Virus record (IMG/VR): IMGVR_UViG_3300047552_001072 | Span: 1-64,000 of that record | DNA: 64,000 bases | Reading direction: 5' to 3' (one strand) | Origin: a virus | Shown here: positions 41,301 to 47,100 of the stretch, piece after piece | How the letters are laid out: every line of letters begins with the position of its first letter | Numbering within the stretch: the stretch's first letter is position 1 | The notes under the pieces: model-generated | Told to the model about the DNA's origin: nothing | Databases searched by the model: none | What the model saw: only the letters and a program-made list of their open reading frames with translations | Made by a program: the position numbers and the translations under genes

Positions 41301-43266
41301 TCTTAATAAAGATCTAAGAGATAAATTTAATTATTATGAAGGTTTTATTCCTGTTGTAGCTCCTACAAATCAAGACTTAAAAGAAAGGTTTAAAGGAAGA
41401 CCAATGGAGTATATTAGAAATTTATTAAATAAATATTTAACTTTCTCTACTGAATATGACTACGAACAATGGGGAAATAGAGATGAAGCTCTCCCTATCA
41501 AGTATTTAGGTACTAGGTCTCTTCGATCAAATAAAGTATATTCTCGTAATATTGAGAATATGTTTGATAAGTACATGAGATCAATGTACCATAAAAAATA
41601 TTTAGATGATGTACATGCTTTAGCTAAAGGTTTACAATACACTATTCAAATGGCTTCTTATAAAGGAGAGGCTAGTAGAATAAATAAGTATTTAGATGAA
41701 CATATTTCTATGGAGCTATATCATAAAGGAGAAGAACCATTTGATTTAACTTCTAACCCAACATTATCTCCTTTTACTGTAACAGATAAAAGAAACCCAA
41801 ATAGAAAATATGTTAAGAAGATTTCCCCGTTAAAATTATTACAAGCAGCTAGATCTTCTGCAGGTGCGGTATTTATGTGGGTAAAACCTCATAAAGCAGC
41901 CCAAAATGCTGCGATCGCTAGTATGTTTACTATTAAGGAAGGTTTGATGGGAGACTTCATTAAAATGGGTTTAAAAGAGAAAGTTATAGGTACTAATGCT
42001 AGTGTAGTAGATTTTACTACTAAAGATTTAATTAAAGCTTCTGGTATTGTTGCTTCATTTATTGGAGAACAAGTTAAAGGTAATTATCATAACAATAAGT
42101 TATGGAGACTATCTCAAGAGTTCAGATTTGATTCTAACGCTTATGATTTAGCTACTAATTCAAGATACTTAGAAACGTTAAAAACTCAGTTACTATCTCC
42201 TGATGTAGCTTATATGTTACATACTTTACCTGAAGAATATATTTCTAAAGTAACAATGGTAGCTCAAATGCTTAATATGAAGTTTACTACAAAAGAAATG
42301 AACGGTAAATCTATGTGGGATGCGTATGAGATGAAGGTAAATCCTATTACAGGAGAAAGTGAATTAACTTATATAGGACCAACTAGAGGATATCTTAAAG
42401 TAGGAGATAAGCTTGAAAAGATTGGAGGAATAACATCTAAAGAAGCAGCTAGTATGAGACATGTTTATACTAGAATTCAAGGTGGGTATCGTCCAGGAGA
42501 AAGAACTTCTTTTGAATTCTATGCTATTGGACAAGCTATTATTCAGTTTAAAAAACATTTACCACAATTACTTAAAACAAACTTTGGAACATTAAGTTAT
42601 TCAAATGTACTTGGTAGGTATAAACCAGTACCAGGTAATGATGGTAAAATTGTTACAGTTAAAGATGAAAAAGGAAATGATATAACTGTACTTGAATGGC
42701 AACAACGAATAACAGAGGGTAGATGGATTACTTTAGCTGGTTTTATTGGAGAATGGTTAAGACTAAATAGCTTAGTTAAGGGAACTAGATTAGGAAGTTA
42801 TTTATTAAATAATGAGTCCTATGCTTGGGATAATCTTTCCCCAGAACAGAAAAAGAATATACTAGAGGCTGGAGCAGTATTATCTTCTCTTATGTCATTC
42901 TGGTTATTATATGGGTGGGCCTTTGGAGAAGAAGAAGAAAAAAATTCTTTAAAACGTATGGGAGCTTATATTTTAGATACATATTCTCAAAATTATAATC
43001 CAGTAGACATGGTTAAGAACATAACTTCTTTCCCATCATCTGCAGCAGGTACTAGGTTGTATAAAACACTAGATGCTGGTAATGACATGGCGTGGTCTTT
43101 ATGGGCCTCTACAGGGTATTCACCATTTAATGCACCAGACGATGCTTGGACAACTGAGGGAGATTTAAAAGGTTGGAATGAAATTCAAAGAGGTATAAGA
43201 GGATTATCTTCTTATTATGAAACAAAAAAATGGTTAGATGATTTAGACTTAGAAGATTCTGAGTAA
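23323..43266 (+). CDS. Giant multidomain virion RNA polymerase polyprotein (SF1 helicase + zincin + double-psi-barrel RNAP + zincin + PD-(D/E)xK nuclease)
   Basis: Single open frame of 6647 aa. RNAP: GSDFDVD (DFDVD at 35896-35910), FRIPS, TDGQ, KRMSG, AIDNVK. Helicase: GPAGAGKT (27505-27528), IVIDE, LGDPGQ, VQGMTFD, YTAVSRAR. Zincins: HELMH (31408-31422) and HELTH (39124-39138)...EFVAE. Nuclease: AGTMD...IIDWKTG...QLQVMFY (about 40171-40350). Confidence 0.88.
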   Translation: MAGPNKPLPKPEPYLKGRTWIVPRSRVVLDMMEEHGTKDPNDAERWSNLLQRDPAYESDVAPTMREGNEYTAEDFSDLLTTEQKAYGFRGDRSYLEEQRAQDQSNIGRLMSGVGRFIPGTLIKTAQGINTSASWLYDSYNYYLGSGEDTKTRFTGTSTQALDDAQKAVNEFFPVFQRQSYKDSGLLGTLTSSEFWAEDMNEGVQFLASMGLTGNVLTKVLGAGKLGTTGAAVLPAIAEAGVESKGTYEAIKASLPGEKNPRTGKEFTGEEIEQLATEAANRVFNANVALHSVTNGIQLFTLSNSAFTKNIDRIRKDIVAGKTSAETIKAGRSALANGSLAAISEGFGEENIQTSISMFEEDLAKEGISEFDGTGYFNKWLDGVVGFGKAALGQDISQDQKEQMKAILAGSLIGGAPGAVSGYKEAGKQKVLYETLNEDFKRFVKDHDIAGKNFFGDRNSVYKQFETEVDELDSEGKPTGKKVIKKGIINPITNEPEIDLDVARKMWYQTVWDKKVFDRQIALTMDGDSRLGTFNKHIALAGLAYQYDKLYTSDGWSKVGEKALEERLNKEPNQELTEDERKELTQMKSQVKSYQDLWKTINSKYTSKDELSTDKEVAGFAKHFKDVMFYEHVKLRAYEDMKTNQNLSKKDLESLDTMIEDTQNFIEKLENERSSFKEFYTQQLNPVLGQVEKIQALQSQIDKSEDPQRTVELMNEKLNEEFILGETQYINSEFNTATTSTARQDASKLKFGSRDNVLYEMGMSYKTELDIKERVEDLQSLKETLDKSKAENGYDQQLEDDYSKKQADLLNFFSSKKGVVNEETANLVQQVIEEINSDNKLLSEQINELKNNYQNSINEIARIEETSDVDKGAADRINDTLDSLYDTLAPIADQNEEVSRILELNSDATQRNKQDMLSALAQAIQDNGETNPDELENALDSAIDRAGGEYIQDSLDKKFEYLSQLLEQEATIDPETNRQIQVEVAKQNTLDQEIQSKEKQLQAKQALTKDSINRAYTNLDKGVNNRDNIIRDKVSSRLHKNNSYGRIDHSLRIEYTENYLDQVDAQQQAYEADKSFYNELDTLNKLKSTLLSAEAVWVSRAEVVWSSPENNSIVKSIEEALDKLDQLIAVSKENAGTREKMLKEFETKEADQLLDSIGLNPDSSVKDDLMFSMILEVVPNATEIIDAAKSNIEKSAAVRVVIDLFKMNSSDVQKERIKEKLENDRKVKVAQIEKELSIQEVLSSQAYYTTPVGLFRDVLMAKAIEILKVKYTGEKEGKNPLFIFAETADLNELEKNISNSKELNNSDKDQINTLIRLHKEYLSIFNTVTLFNSSDLFYKNHEQETKILNELSDKKIFEVPTSEQLPIIRTLLRFLKIPVSGQDRGSLSSMWSFLAGPAGAGKTRIVLSWLSKLYGVPKEKIYAFSHNDSTSQGIADSINGKKGSASEFMTTLELDKFDLIVIDELPFFMNPQIKEFEQRVFEHNKTRKDNPLRVVALGDPGQIRKDRGATISTHSVLTNMNYSDPLVLTFRSNVPSIVNLMNQFRRRTSIVSGLKVQSNVIFGTKFDTKEPTIGVHAGKVKDELIAALNANKDSGRSKVIVVNTQEDKLKYTSAVEKTPVLTYDEVQGMTFDEVYVDLQRTGKDLRGEVFSNKKNDLEFNTAMYTAVSRARNYVFVLDPTMENLFPDKALAVDTNKLSEQSRDNFEKLGHRLDTERQLISKYIKEYKPEDIKKEKPKDEKHLDTGDNIEIEEDPDGEITPELGVDPVETIGVKQSDTDPDSDLMTQEEEIRDIKEEAKGDNVKGTIITPPILDDTVIDKDGNFFYKILYPTNSQLKKNPKTKVPDVLPQGVTLSNGVITDSSPVVMAVTYDGSILVLGQVQQNGVFTNRWKQLGVISEKDKESTFYQKFARDNEYKATKNGDYIRYNEDTGELMNISPVYDSNGRYVSNGGNNAFILSGTIIESNPVTYTFKEEPTHKGFINEVLDKFRKGFNVKGVKYSIKIYDRKTLADDTEVQASGFRPKPGVPYLVISNPKGDGQVETRTQFIRLTPRKLNKGDISENGFLHPLRKLYEAVRELGTQIYPDNPNKVLGNTVVNSLIMKMANAKDNKGERAFQLNEDGKVILNRHIYTYKDYLDGVSKGYKEFVGEGADKISEEQFDKIKLAAEKIIPLYYGKRYKKVELTFDTIEEATQYAESIKDSGKILFKAKIDEDSKHPDNLYYVKHVKQSKNDKDVFDVEMYLAAGAGEAQKVMNQLAQANTQFKFRKIVTKDKKKIATSKSIMSTSLSKEAYRNSLAKILEDVYKDKQTKNGEAIDQKVINKLRGGSLKYLENYIQKRGIDRASLDVLMNEEAIHPITLADLETVVGDTAFKDNEHRFVEGGYLALPLGMISVNYHGANLDKQESVDKIESMMGSKLDEVKGGTVVIGKIGDTISTKKEIVEEKPLQETSFRSSEREITEYDNSIERLTNNINEVNSTEDEGELSNKFSQYEKELNELRDIDTITYNEILELQNQGKNKEALDQLLNSIKNLRENEVVVDLEPEVIQESELTQEEFVYDDNKYFIKDNKFYREDSLLDSIEEITEEEYNAAKIDKDRRYFTVEDTQDLGKELTIDEAVKVAKKILPKLKIGNQSWLKAKLFSFLNIPISNEVELKFLDKLEFEAISGRKDSLGIYIDGTIYLLKDNKGGIREGVLRHELMHKVYWEYLTARDRSAIRRSARRSDPSTEKMSTVEFEEWLSNRFMSYKDNQFNEQGRIKQFFSNIYRLLKFITGNVTEINDLFNLVDKGYYRKNMADFSRSIRRNYVDIKNNFESAAIFKESVFAVQSHFSSLLDINPKDPNKKVYTYNEAYHATKDSMLNLKNRKEKDLVKYNEALQKAITDNDADKQQKILAAIEKLEKDLVVFRTLFDGKSNKNYDIVTLYLFPDGFTKQHYSSIKRKISEEDINDIIELDSETLSDDLEIVNLNDVIAESKHIDNEAKQSSAVKLLLSNIKDPATGEWIIPRVAFAKCLKFMESISFEVEVIKDKTGAIRKVGFLQRFKESIAKSAGLDSKADISGAGAIYLVYKKIKEYYESALMPEYNDYNGTTFTQKRRLPKGIFFLNPDVLIVARDFTEDVDYKGLTYDQLNAKVVQGKVFVFHRKDAEQLLIKNSLEADKKKVNVSTEKVVEAFEAIIRSKINQGLIKGFPENANNLARISMIREAWRSEQSKNALAEFYSLFSSMMEDHMMLAKYDVFENRTTYIRAGANSNSLSVKSDIEQGIISKITLIAEGLKGDYQKAYKAFIGGTPGKGHMTWSEIESKLSSTSSSDAVQGIKDFLNFIGIVINANELSLKDPFKTAEDIKFFVEEHMSTVGTFKPAPINSIPKEEKDALSDDEIAELSVQQEITIYDVIEEQGSLIGRLATDISSSTRWVRPNSVKDSSKNTVFLFHNSTQANDTLIAVAKVFKERFKGGGGTLRNVKLPEYLKHKIYTKGNIFAKGINHIHDTYEHDGTIDVVNDKATSYMRESKSKFFSRVLNASMAFMINGSREGNPRYIQWVYTISNKPRITGAGVDFLSPKQIKEALGTYLIKVSLRPDLSNLIKNHKKYKNTNFEILDTVLGGNSNMADAISKAVINETLTKYGEELVNEMYDELTKLSREFAEELAYDQFKFDARFMKAHKKLKAEGKLDSNIPGTLKVDHKDEVKNFDASRKYNHTVDEIHGTVDMMFKNMYVNSYFLVDLLAGDASFFSNALDLVKRMSGVFAPGMKGLVHPELGMKKKYRTACISDIVEGKDSIAESVSMMLLNKPYTELNSDQLKEVDKILALFGSSYKPTDGQAFMLPEMAAEIEKGFGRAFKAGHIFKAAHYENATKKITDPDGNEIEVLIPVMDKYSIVNLSDDLCNRFPLLGNLRRNMRMNGKGQEPIYLVTFASARKVGGPVKPTDSKQLLQDNGTFTKDSIIELSFENLRMQSNPDHITFDSEKGVANPSQLGYMILLQQHLLAEGDRTAKVIHEYTAKLIEKGLGKFKRRITDEDGKLSLTKLSKYIFEAMSGKGNERYQELLGEGVSFQAPYIVNKALTQIAADVTKSSVGFRLPGEKLILQTDFGIEVNKKNKALREKLKFNQSEDKGHLEAEVIFPEGVLPREVEDSIKEMLKTGKRFFTTSDMLGFRIPSTELHSAVAIKIAGFYDSRGTNAIIAPKELVVLHGSDFDVDSLFMLVRSFYKPEEAELFGYEASSPIGYELVNKEYHPIAKDKFEKIISELKEQYKEDKKKLKLIDKVEDKYYTNVITQGFIDMILKPENRSRMVEPISMEIFNGDGEDTMFTMLKDLQQRRYKHIHGDKATKEGIEEAGEVQQRPDLSNPSGNYKVFKSSMDGAALVGVFANGFKSLAYMLNSGDYGNNTVAVKKELKKLKEAKKVQETLLSNVNEELRKLDPSTNPESVKQREKKRDELLSILKETERTIEELTAKSKTSKDEKSTTPFLNVPAIKLGGKIFDRIREFEVGKDGWPVWRTLDALVNSAIDNVKEQILPTINASGLTSNAYVALIGLGVPLRTTVLLMRQPAIEQMSSTGFKTSEINKKKEALEEMFKAISQEDLELLPIYAQQEQLTDLDLEDAFIKDLIDFRAYDNGDMDKAFKDVIDPEHSIVRQYAILLEVEKAMNIGEDISTMSSALNIIRQFPSNKADMSTTQEKWEEMFDFKEDEVKMRDSFSFDIPALFNNNPHIKLAYEAFKYLVDSIETMFLKHDKALTKLATEIVKTSNMSIGTKNETIETVKSDFVKFIASGIPLMEKINLRLTKEYRTATGVKDYTTGAEAWSQAFLDKLEDVKLFLKAHNISNGFIENIAIRPGRFDTRYAQFTAGNNLKLEDFLLFQEDFVKLNRVNIDDKGNITYSYTPNVGYTEFQQDFVRYAILNFGLQFGSTNYSTSLPPDIVKPYMDELDAELKEALTKLDVYKELFEVQEVIERGNNVGETRKKPTRVEVAQGTWRSAAYDKAYGIYYNLRFDLKGKDTMGDFLKFGKNVFKKIKIAVESDEQSNFPVFYTKIGTLKRRIGLFFRKELAEKYSTALAFDSSILSRAVADPDNTTKVSISDNYYNDIKTKDEHGTGSIIMLYPTNDGARMYRKYYMVTKKLTDPKVNEYGINEMEFEITPLENKDYEQYIDSKGEDYKLVKKVSKVELNYKGTKSSITTADRNKFLSLENVLKDIQVNGSTAGKLMANLFLSPEFSSAVKGLTVRTINVKETDKGNVIGHWVNNYPKEISIAVQYPDGTRVSPEIIESTIIHELTHALTWFNLHTPDNKLSRDQVRAKANLHKLFKVASEAMKKKYKDEFKAGAGKFYGFTNIDEFVAETFSNPEFQAELDSFKIDTGKKYSLLTKFVEFFKRLLGVVENDSLLSQVLNNSFYLIDNPINKGSVVIDTNEIFYKIGNSKPAEVSGITKNVLEQSKYINVATDSNGEQLDHYIYSITNKAWNRVTDNYTGFISKFVSTTPKEKGLTSSQLKAEGVFKGVPKGTAIPIDGIKKDLTKEEYIQYLDDLNAVGIAKGKVMHKWLELLSWNKYSNKSKEDLEDELEEALENAPVPDAETSYGWIEQVYDKLLDKLQLNSHKDNVPEDQKDKIFSEVTIGSPLLKYAGTMDMLVEHSDGSYSIIDWKTGRSIEKETHDVLMKYGNQFNHMFADPKTKNQLQVMFYAFMMKVENPDAIFRNLDIMWIPNKYEALAYDPYNKANHANFLRMIEQYYKSEEPRIYEQILEKSPNAFNPKHYNATDPTLAGRMLAENKTAEQVIIATQNELKWKIQAKLDKRLLTHDDMQEIKKLTLELVAFAKQEGYNIQNWSDDISYGSRWFGINADVNHPIVNLYQARLNEGLDKANSEFTRDMAKFNRLVKKISEDYVASKMPGKGFLRKATLKKYDPLTNELYEPFYTTFTEDGVTLERFLHKNEKDPEKKKAYEALTKNQKEFIDFVNERFASPFKGDSAFLNRTAVKDKPNMVGGIEMGVKNYSDLELFNLNKDLRDKFNYYEGFIPVVAPTNQDLKERFKGRPMEYIRNLLNKYLTFSTEYDYEQWGNRDEALPIKYLGTRSLRSNKVYSRNIENMFDKYMRSMYHKKYLDDVHALAKGLQYTIQMASYKGEASRINKYLDEHISMELYHKGEEPFDLTSNPTLSPFTVTDKRNPNRKYVKKISPLKLLQAARSSAGAVFMWVKPHKAAQNAAIASMFTIKEGLMGDFIKMGLKEKVIGTNASVVDFTTKDLIKASGIVASFIGEQVKGNYHNNKLWRLSQEFRFDSNAYDLATNSRYLETLKTQLLSPDVAYMLHTLPEEYISKVTMVAQMLNMKFTTKEMNGKSMWDAYEMKVNPITGESELTYIGPTRGYLKVGDKLEKIGGITSKEAASMRHVYTRIQGGYRPGERTSFEFYAIGQAIIQFKKHLPQLLKTNFGTLSYSNVLGRYKPVPGNDGKIVTVKDEKGNDITVLEWQQRITEGRWITLAGFIGEWLRLNSLVKGTRLGSYLLNNESYAWDNLSPEQKKNILEAGAVLSSLMSFWLLYGWAFGEEEEKNSLKRMGAYILDTYSQNYNPVDMVKNITSFPSSAAGTRLYKTLDAGNDMAWSLWASTGYSPFNAPDDAWTTEGDLKGWNEIQRGIRGLSSYYETKKWLDDLDLEDSE

Positions 43267-43272
43267 TAATCC

Positions 43273-43322
43273 AAAAGGAAAAAGGGGGTAGATCACAAGA
43301 TCTTATCCCCTCTTTTCTTTTT
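43273..43322. terminator. Bidirectional intrinsic terminator between convergent modules
   Basis: AAAAGGAAAAAGGGGGTAGATC-ACAA-GATCTTATCCCCTCTTTTCTTTTT, an imperfect hairpin with an A-run before and a T-run after, at the +/- strand junction. Confidence 0.8.
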
Positions 43323-43323
43323 A

Positions 43324-43454
43324 CTATTTACCTAGAATTTCCATAAACTTTGCATAGGTATTAGGCCAAAAGTCTTTAATCATTTCGTGAAATGAAGTTG
43401 GACTATTAGCATCACAAAGTCTATCGATTACTTTTTTTCTTGTTCTTCTTGCAT
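43324..43454 (-). CDS. Small frameshifted ORF (43 aa if a -1 shift occurs at A_AAA_AAG)
   Basis: ATG CAA GAA GAA CAA GAA AAA AAG TAA. The -1 frame continues VIDRLCDANSPTSFHEMIKDFWPNTYAKFMEILGK to TAG at 43324-43326. Not in the ORF track. Confidence 0.35.
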
Positions 43455-43459
43455 AATTT

Positions 43460-43627
43460 TTAGTCTAAAAATTCGTAAACTTTATTTTTTCCGTAAAACA
43501 ATCCTTTTCTATACCACTTAGGAACTTCATTTTCAAACTGTACCTTATAAAAACCAGGAATATCCGCAATAATTTTCATATTAAGAATAAATCCTGTTCT
43601 AATTACTCTAACTCTTACGTGTTTCAT
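43460..43627 (-). CDS. Small hypothetical protein (55 aa)
   Basis: MKHVRVRVIRTGFILNMKIIADIPGFYKVQFENEVPKWYRKGLFYGKNKVYEFLD*. The start overlaps the end of the upstream gene. Below the ORF-track cutoff. Confidence 0.5.
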   Translation of the reverse strand: MKHVRVRVIRTGFILNMKIIADIPGFYKVQFENEVPKWYRKGLFYGKNKVYEFLD

Positions 43628-44372
43628 CTAGAATAGGCCTTATAATACTATCAGCTTCTTCAGAAGTAAGAGCTCTGAATTTGTTAGGATCTGTAATATA
43701 ATTAACAGTTCTATTATAAATTCCTTTTCCAATAGGATCCAAACAAACCATAGGGTACTGTAGTGCTATTGGGTGAGTACTTGAGGCACTGGTCACAAAT
43801 ACATTACTAGTATTATAAGAATTAGTAACATTAGTACTACGTTCTCCAGTATTAGTTAATTTAGTATAGTATATAATTTCATCTACAGCATATCTTACTT
43901 GTGAATGAGTAATATTAAGATGCTGTATTGGACAATCCCTACCAGTAGATAACATAAAAAGTTTTTCTGCGTTTTGGTTTGGATACGAAATAATACTTAT
44001 AAAACAATTAAATATTGCGTTTATATATAATTTCTTTTCTATTCTACAAAACTTTTTTACTTTTTGTGGACCATACTGACTAGAGTAAGAATCTTCATAA
44101 CACATAAATATATGTCCTTTAGAGTCTTCTTCTACATTTTCAATTCTCTTTAAAATAAGAGCATACATATGTTTGAAAAATTCTTTACAGCATTCTAAAA
44201 GTAATGGAGAAGCTGATAATTCTTTGCTAAATATTGTATATTTACCATTATGTAAACTTTTAGTAGAAGCAAAAATAGCTTTATAATCATTCTTGATAGT
44301 TTCTATTTTATCAATAAGAGCTTCTTCACTAAGATTATAAAGTTCTTGTATTTCTTTATTTTTTATTTCCAT
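43608..44372 (-). CDS. Hypothetical protein
   Basis: 254-aa ORF overlapping its neighbours in operon fashion; no recognisable motif. Confidence 0.6.
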   Translation of the reverse strand: MEIKNKEIQELYNLSEEALIDKIETIKNDYKAIFASTKSLHNGKYTIFSKELSASPLLLECCKEFFKHMYALILKRIENVEEDSKGHIFMCYEDSYSSQYGPQKVKKFCRIEKKLYINAIFNCFISIISYPNQNAEKLFMLSTGRDCPIQHLNITHSQVRYAVDEIIYYTKLTNTGERSTNVTNSYNTSNVFVTSASSTHPIALQYPMVCLDPIGKGIYNRTVNYITDPNKFRALTSEEADSIIRPILDETRKS

Positions 44373-44691
44373 TTTCTTTTAGTGTGGGAATTATACGCAA
44401 GTCCATCTGGTCTAATCTTAGCGTATCGCCAAGTCCAAATACTGTATTTGTACCAATCCACACCCCACTTTTAATAAGATACATAAATTTATATGTACCA
44501 TTATCTGGCAAATACTTTCCCATCATAACTACAGTACTTCCGTTTGTGTAGTTAAAATCTATAATCTCTTCCTCAGGCATAGCTGAGTATTCAAGTGTTT
44601 CAACAGTTCTAATCGAGTCTTTGTTGAAAGGATTTTTGTTGCAAGATACTACTAACAACAAAAAAATCATACTAAATAATTTCCAGTACAT
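44356..44691 (-). CDS. Putative lipoprotein
   Basis: Signal peptide MYWKLFSMIFLLLVVS followed by Cys17 (lipobox VVS-C). Confidence 0.6.
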   Translation of the reverse strand: MYWKLFSMIFLLLVVSCNKNPFNKDSIRTVETLEYSAMPEEEIIDFNYTNGSTVVMMGKYLPDNGTYKFMYLIKSGVWIGTNTVFGLGDTLRLDQMDLRIIPTLKENGNKK

Positions 44692-46519
44692 TATCTACTT
44701 TATTTTTTGAAATTCTTTTTCTTTTTACTTCTGGCTGTCTTTCTACTTCTTTAATAATTGTTTTCGTACTAGAAGTAGTAGAATTGAATATATCTAAAAC
44801 TGGGATCTCTATTTTCTCATCTTTTTCCCTTTTGAGTTTTATAGTATGAGAAGCATCACTAGCACCATCAACAATAAATTTTCCAAAGTTTACTCCTCCA
44901 ATATAGAGGTTAACATATTTGTCTAAATAAATGTTTTCTTTTGCTTCCTCATAAAAACCTGAACTATATAGTTCTATGCTTCCATTTAAAGCTCCTTTTA
45001 TAGCTACTATACTATTTTTACCTACGAACTCCCAAGTAGTAATTCCGTTAGATACATACTCATCTCTAAAATAAACTTGAGATAAAGTTTCTCCTTCTAC
45101 TTCTAATTCAAGTACTGACAAAGATTTTTTTATATCAATTACCTCTTTAAGATTTTTGGTAAAATCTTTATCGTTACTTGTATATGGATAAATGGTTACA
45201 ATTTTGTCTTCAGAAGTTCTAGCCATATGACTATTCATACATGCACCTAGAAACTTTCTAGTAACAGAGTCATATACAAAAAAGGAACCTCCATTAGGAT
45301 ATTTTAGTAAGTAAGCTCTTAGAAGCTTTAACCCACTAATGCCAAACTTATCATCTTTAGCTTGTATTTCTGTATCTACATCTACATACAAAATATTTTT
45401 TTGTAAATAGTTTGCTGTTTTTTTAAATCTTGCTGTTTGATTAGGATAATTATAAGAAATTTCATAATTACCTAAGAATTTTCCAACTTCACCTTCATAG
45501 TTTGATTCAAAGATATCAACTACAAACTCTTTGTTAGTAATTAATGAAAATTCTCTTTCATCTACTTTTACTACTGTAGGAGTTTCAAAACTTTCAGGAA
45601 AGATTGTATCAGATTTTGAAAATTCTTTATCCAATAAAAATTGCCTTTTAACTAGTCCGTTGGCAGAAATAAATAGATAATATCTTAAATCTTTACTTTT
45701 TTCAGAGTTTATTTGTACCACTTGTTGTTGTTCATTTTTAATATTTTCATTATCTGTTTCTACTTTATTCTGAATAGCTATGAAATACATGGCAGCTAAC
45801 AATTCCATTGCTTTTTCTATTTCTTCTGCTGTATAGTTAAACATAGCATATTTACCTGATTTGTGTAAATTATCTACTCTAGATATAAGTTTAGTTACTA
45901 ATGACATATACTGATCAGAATCTTCCGCAGTATACTCCATATGATCTTCACTTCCTGCATAAATTTTATGCATAAGATCTACAAACTCTACTCTTAGGTT
46001 TGAGTTACTTCCTTTACTTGAAAATACTTTTTCTTTAATTGTGTCCAAAGAATACTTTGATAGACCTAACCTATCTAAAATAATAGAGTTTTTTTGCATT
46101 ATATCATTAACTTGTGAAAGTTTTTGAGCAAAGAACAATTCAGAAGGAGATAATTTGAACATCTTCATCAATACTGTTCTAGGTCTAGCTGCAAATTCTT
46201 CTATGTTTTTATTAGGAAGAATATCTCTTATTGTGCAAAAAGTTTTATAATTACTTAAGAAATCTTCTAAATCACTAGGTTCTATCTTTAATAACCAACA
46301 AGCTAGATCTGTATATAGATCACCTGTTAAAGTTGTATTACTTTCTTTTTTGAATTCCTCTATTATATCTAATAAAGGTGATTTTTCAACTTTCATTTCT
46401 GGAATATATTCTTTCTCAATAGGTTTAGATAAACCCTCCTCCAATACAGGAGGAGAGTCTATTTTAGTGAGTGTATATCCAAATAATGAAATTATCCAAA
46501 GTATAAACTTATTCAGCAT
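44672..46519 (-). CDS. Hypothetical protein (615 aa)
   Basis: Long ORF with a short hydrophobic N-terminus, helical N-half and beta-rich C-half; no motif recognised. Confidence 0.6.
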   Translation of the reverse strand: MLNKFILWIISLFGYTLTKIDSPPVLEEGLSKPIEKEYIPEMKVEKSPLLDIIEEFKKESNTTLTGDLYTDLACWLLKIEPSDLEDFLSNYKTFCTIRDILPNKNIEEFAARPRTVLMKMFKLSPSELFFAQKLSQVNDIMQKNSIILDRLGLSKYSLDTIKEKVFSSKGSNSNLRVEFVDLMHKIYAGSEDHMEYTAEDSDQYMSLVTKLISRVDNLHKSGKYAMFNYTAEEIEKAMELLAAMYFIAIQNKVETDNENIKNEQQQVVQINSEKSKDLRYYLFISANGLVKRQFLLDKEFSKSDTIFPESFETPTVVKVDEREFSLITNKEFVVDIFESNYEGEVGKFLGNYEISYNYPNQTARFKKTANYLQKNILYVDVDTEIQAKDDKFGISGLKLLRAYLLKYPNGGSFFVYDSVTRKFLGACMNSHMARTSEDKIVTIYPYTSNDKDFTKNLKEVIDIKKSLSVLELEVEGETLSQVYFRDEYVSNGITTWEFVGKNSIVAIKGALNGSIELYSSGFYEEAKENIYLDKYVNLYIGGVNFGKFIVDGASDASHTIKLKREKDEKIEIPVLDIFNSTTSSTKTIIKEVERQPEVKRKRISKNKVDNVLEII

Positions 46520-46537
46520 TTACTTTATTTATTTCTA

Positions 46538-47098
46538 TTATCCTATTCTGTATACTTCTTCATCCATGTCTAGCTTGGAACATACCTCGTACTCATCCTT
46601 AAAGGATAAATTCAATCTCTCTTCCCACCGCTTCTTCAGTTCTGGAGACTTAGTCAATATTTGATAATTAACTGAATCTTTATACAGATATTCTCCATAT
46701 ATTGATTCTCCCACAATAACTTTAGGATTGAAGTATTTTTTAACATATTCTCTGTCTATAAGAGAGTATTTACTTGTAAGTAATTGTTCTTTTATATGCT
46801 TCCACTCATCACTTAATTTAAATCTAACCATAATAAATCCATCACAAGGATCATATTCATCTAAGAAATTTTCATGTTTTCTTAAAGAAGAAGATAAATC
46901 TTCATAATTAATATTAGAAGGATTATATTCAAATAATAAAAAGATGTCTACATTATTATCATTAATTGTTTTATTATAATTACTATCGTCTAAATAGGCA
47001 TTTATAAACCCATATTCTAACAGTATTGCGACATCTAAGCCGCAAGCAGGGACTAAAAACGAAGATGTCTTAGTCCATCTATTCTTTGTTTCTTGCAC
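46538..47098 (-). CDS. Hypothetical protein associated with replication nucleases
   Basis: 186 aa, GTG start; FINAYLDD, IFLLF and SKYS segments. Follows the exonuclease gene. Confidence 0.55.
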   Translation of the reverse strand: MQETKNRWTKTSSFLVPACGLDVAILLEYGFINAYLDDSNYNKTINDNNVDIFLLFEYNPSNINYEDLSSSLRKHENFLDEYDPCDGFIMVRFKLSDEWKHIKEQLLTSKYSLIDREYVKKYFNPKVIVGESIYGEYLYKDSVNYQILTKSPELKKRWEERLNLSFKDEYEVCSKLDMDEEVYRIG

Positions 47099-47100
47099 TA

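Noticed and set aside
77-42558. Short antisense or alternate-frame ORFs in the track (e.g. 617..1096, 10468..10860, 20165..20476, 37086..37448, 12909..13106)
   Set aside because: They lie inside long, motif-supported + strand genes and have shadow-ORF composition.
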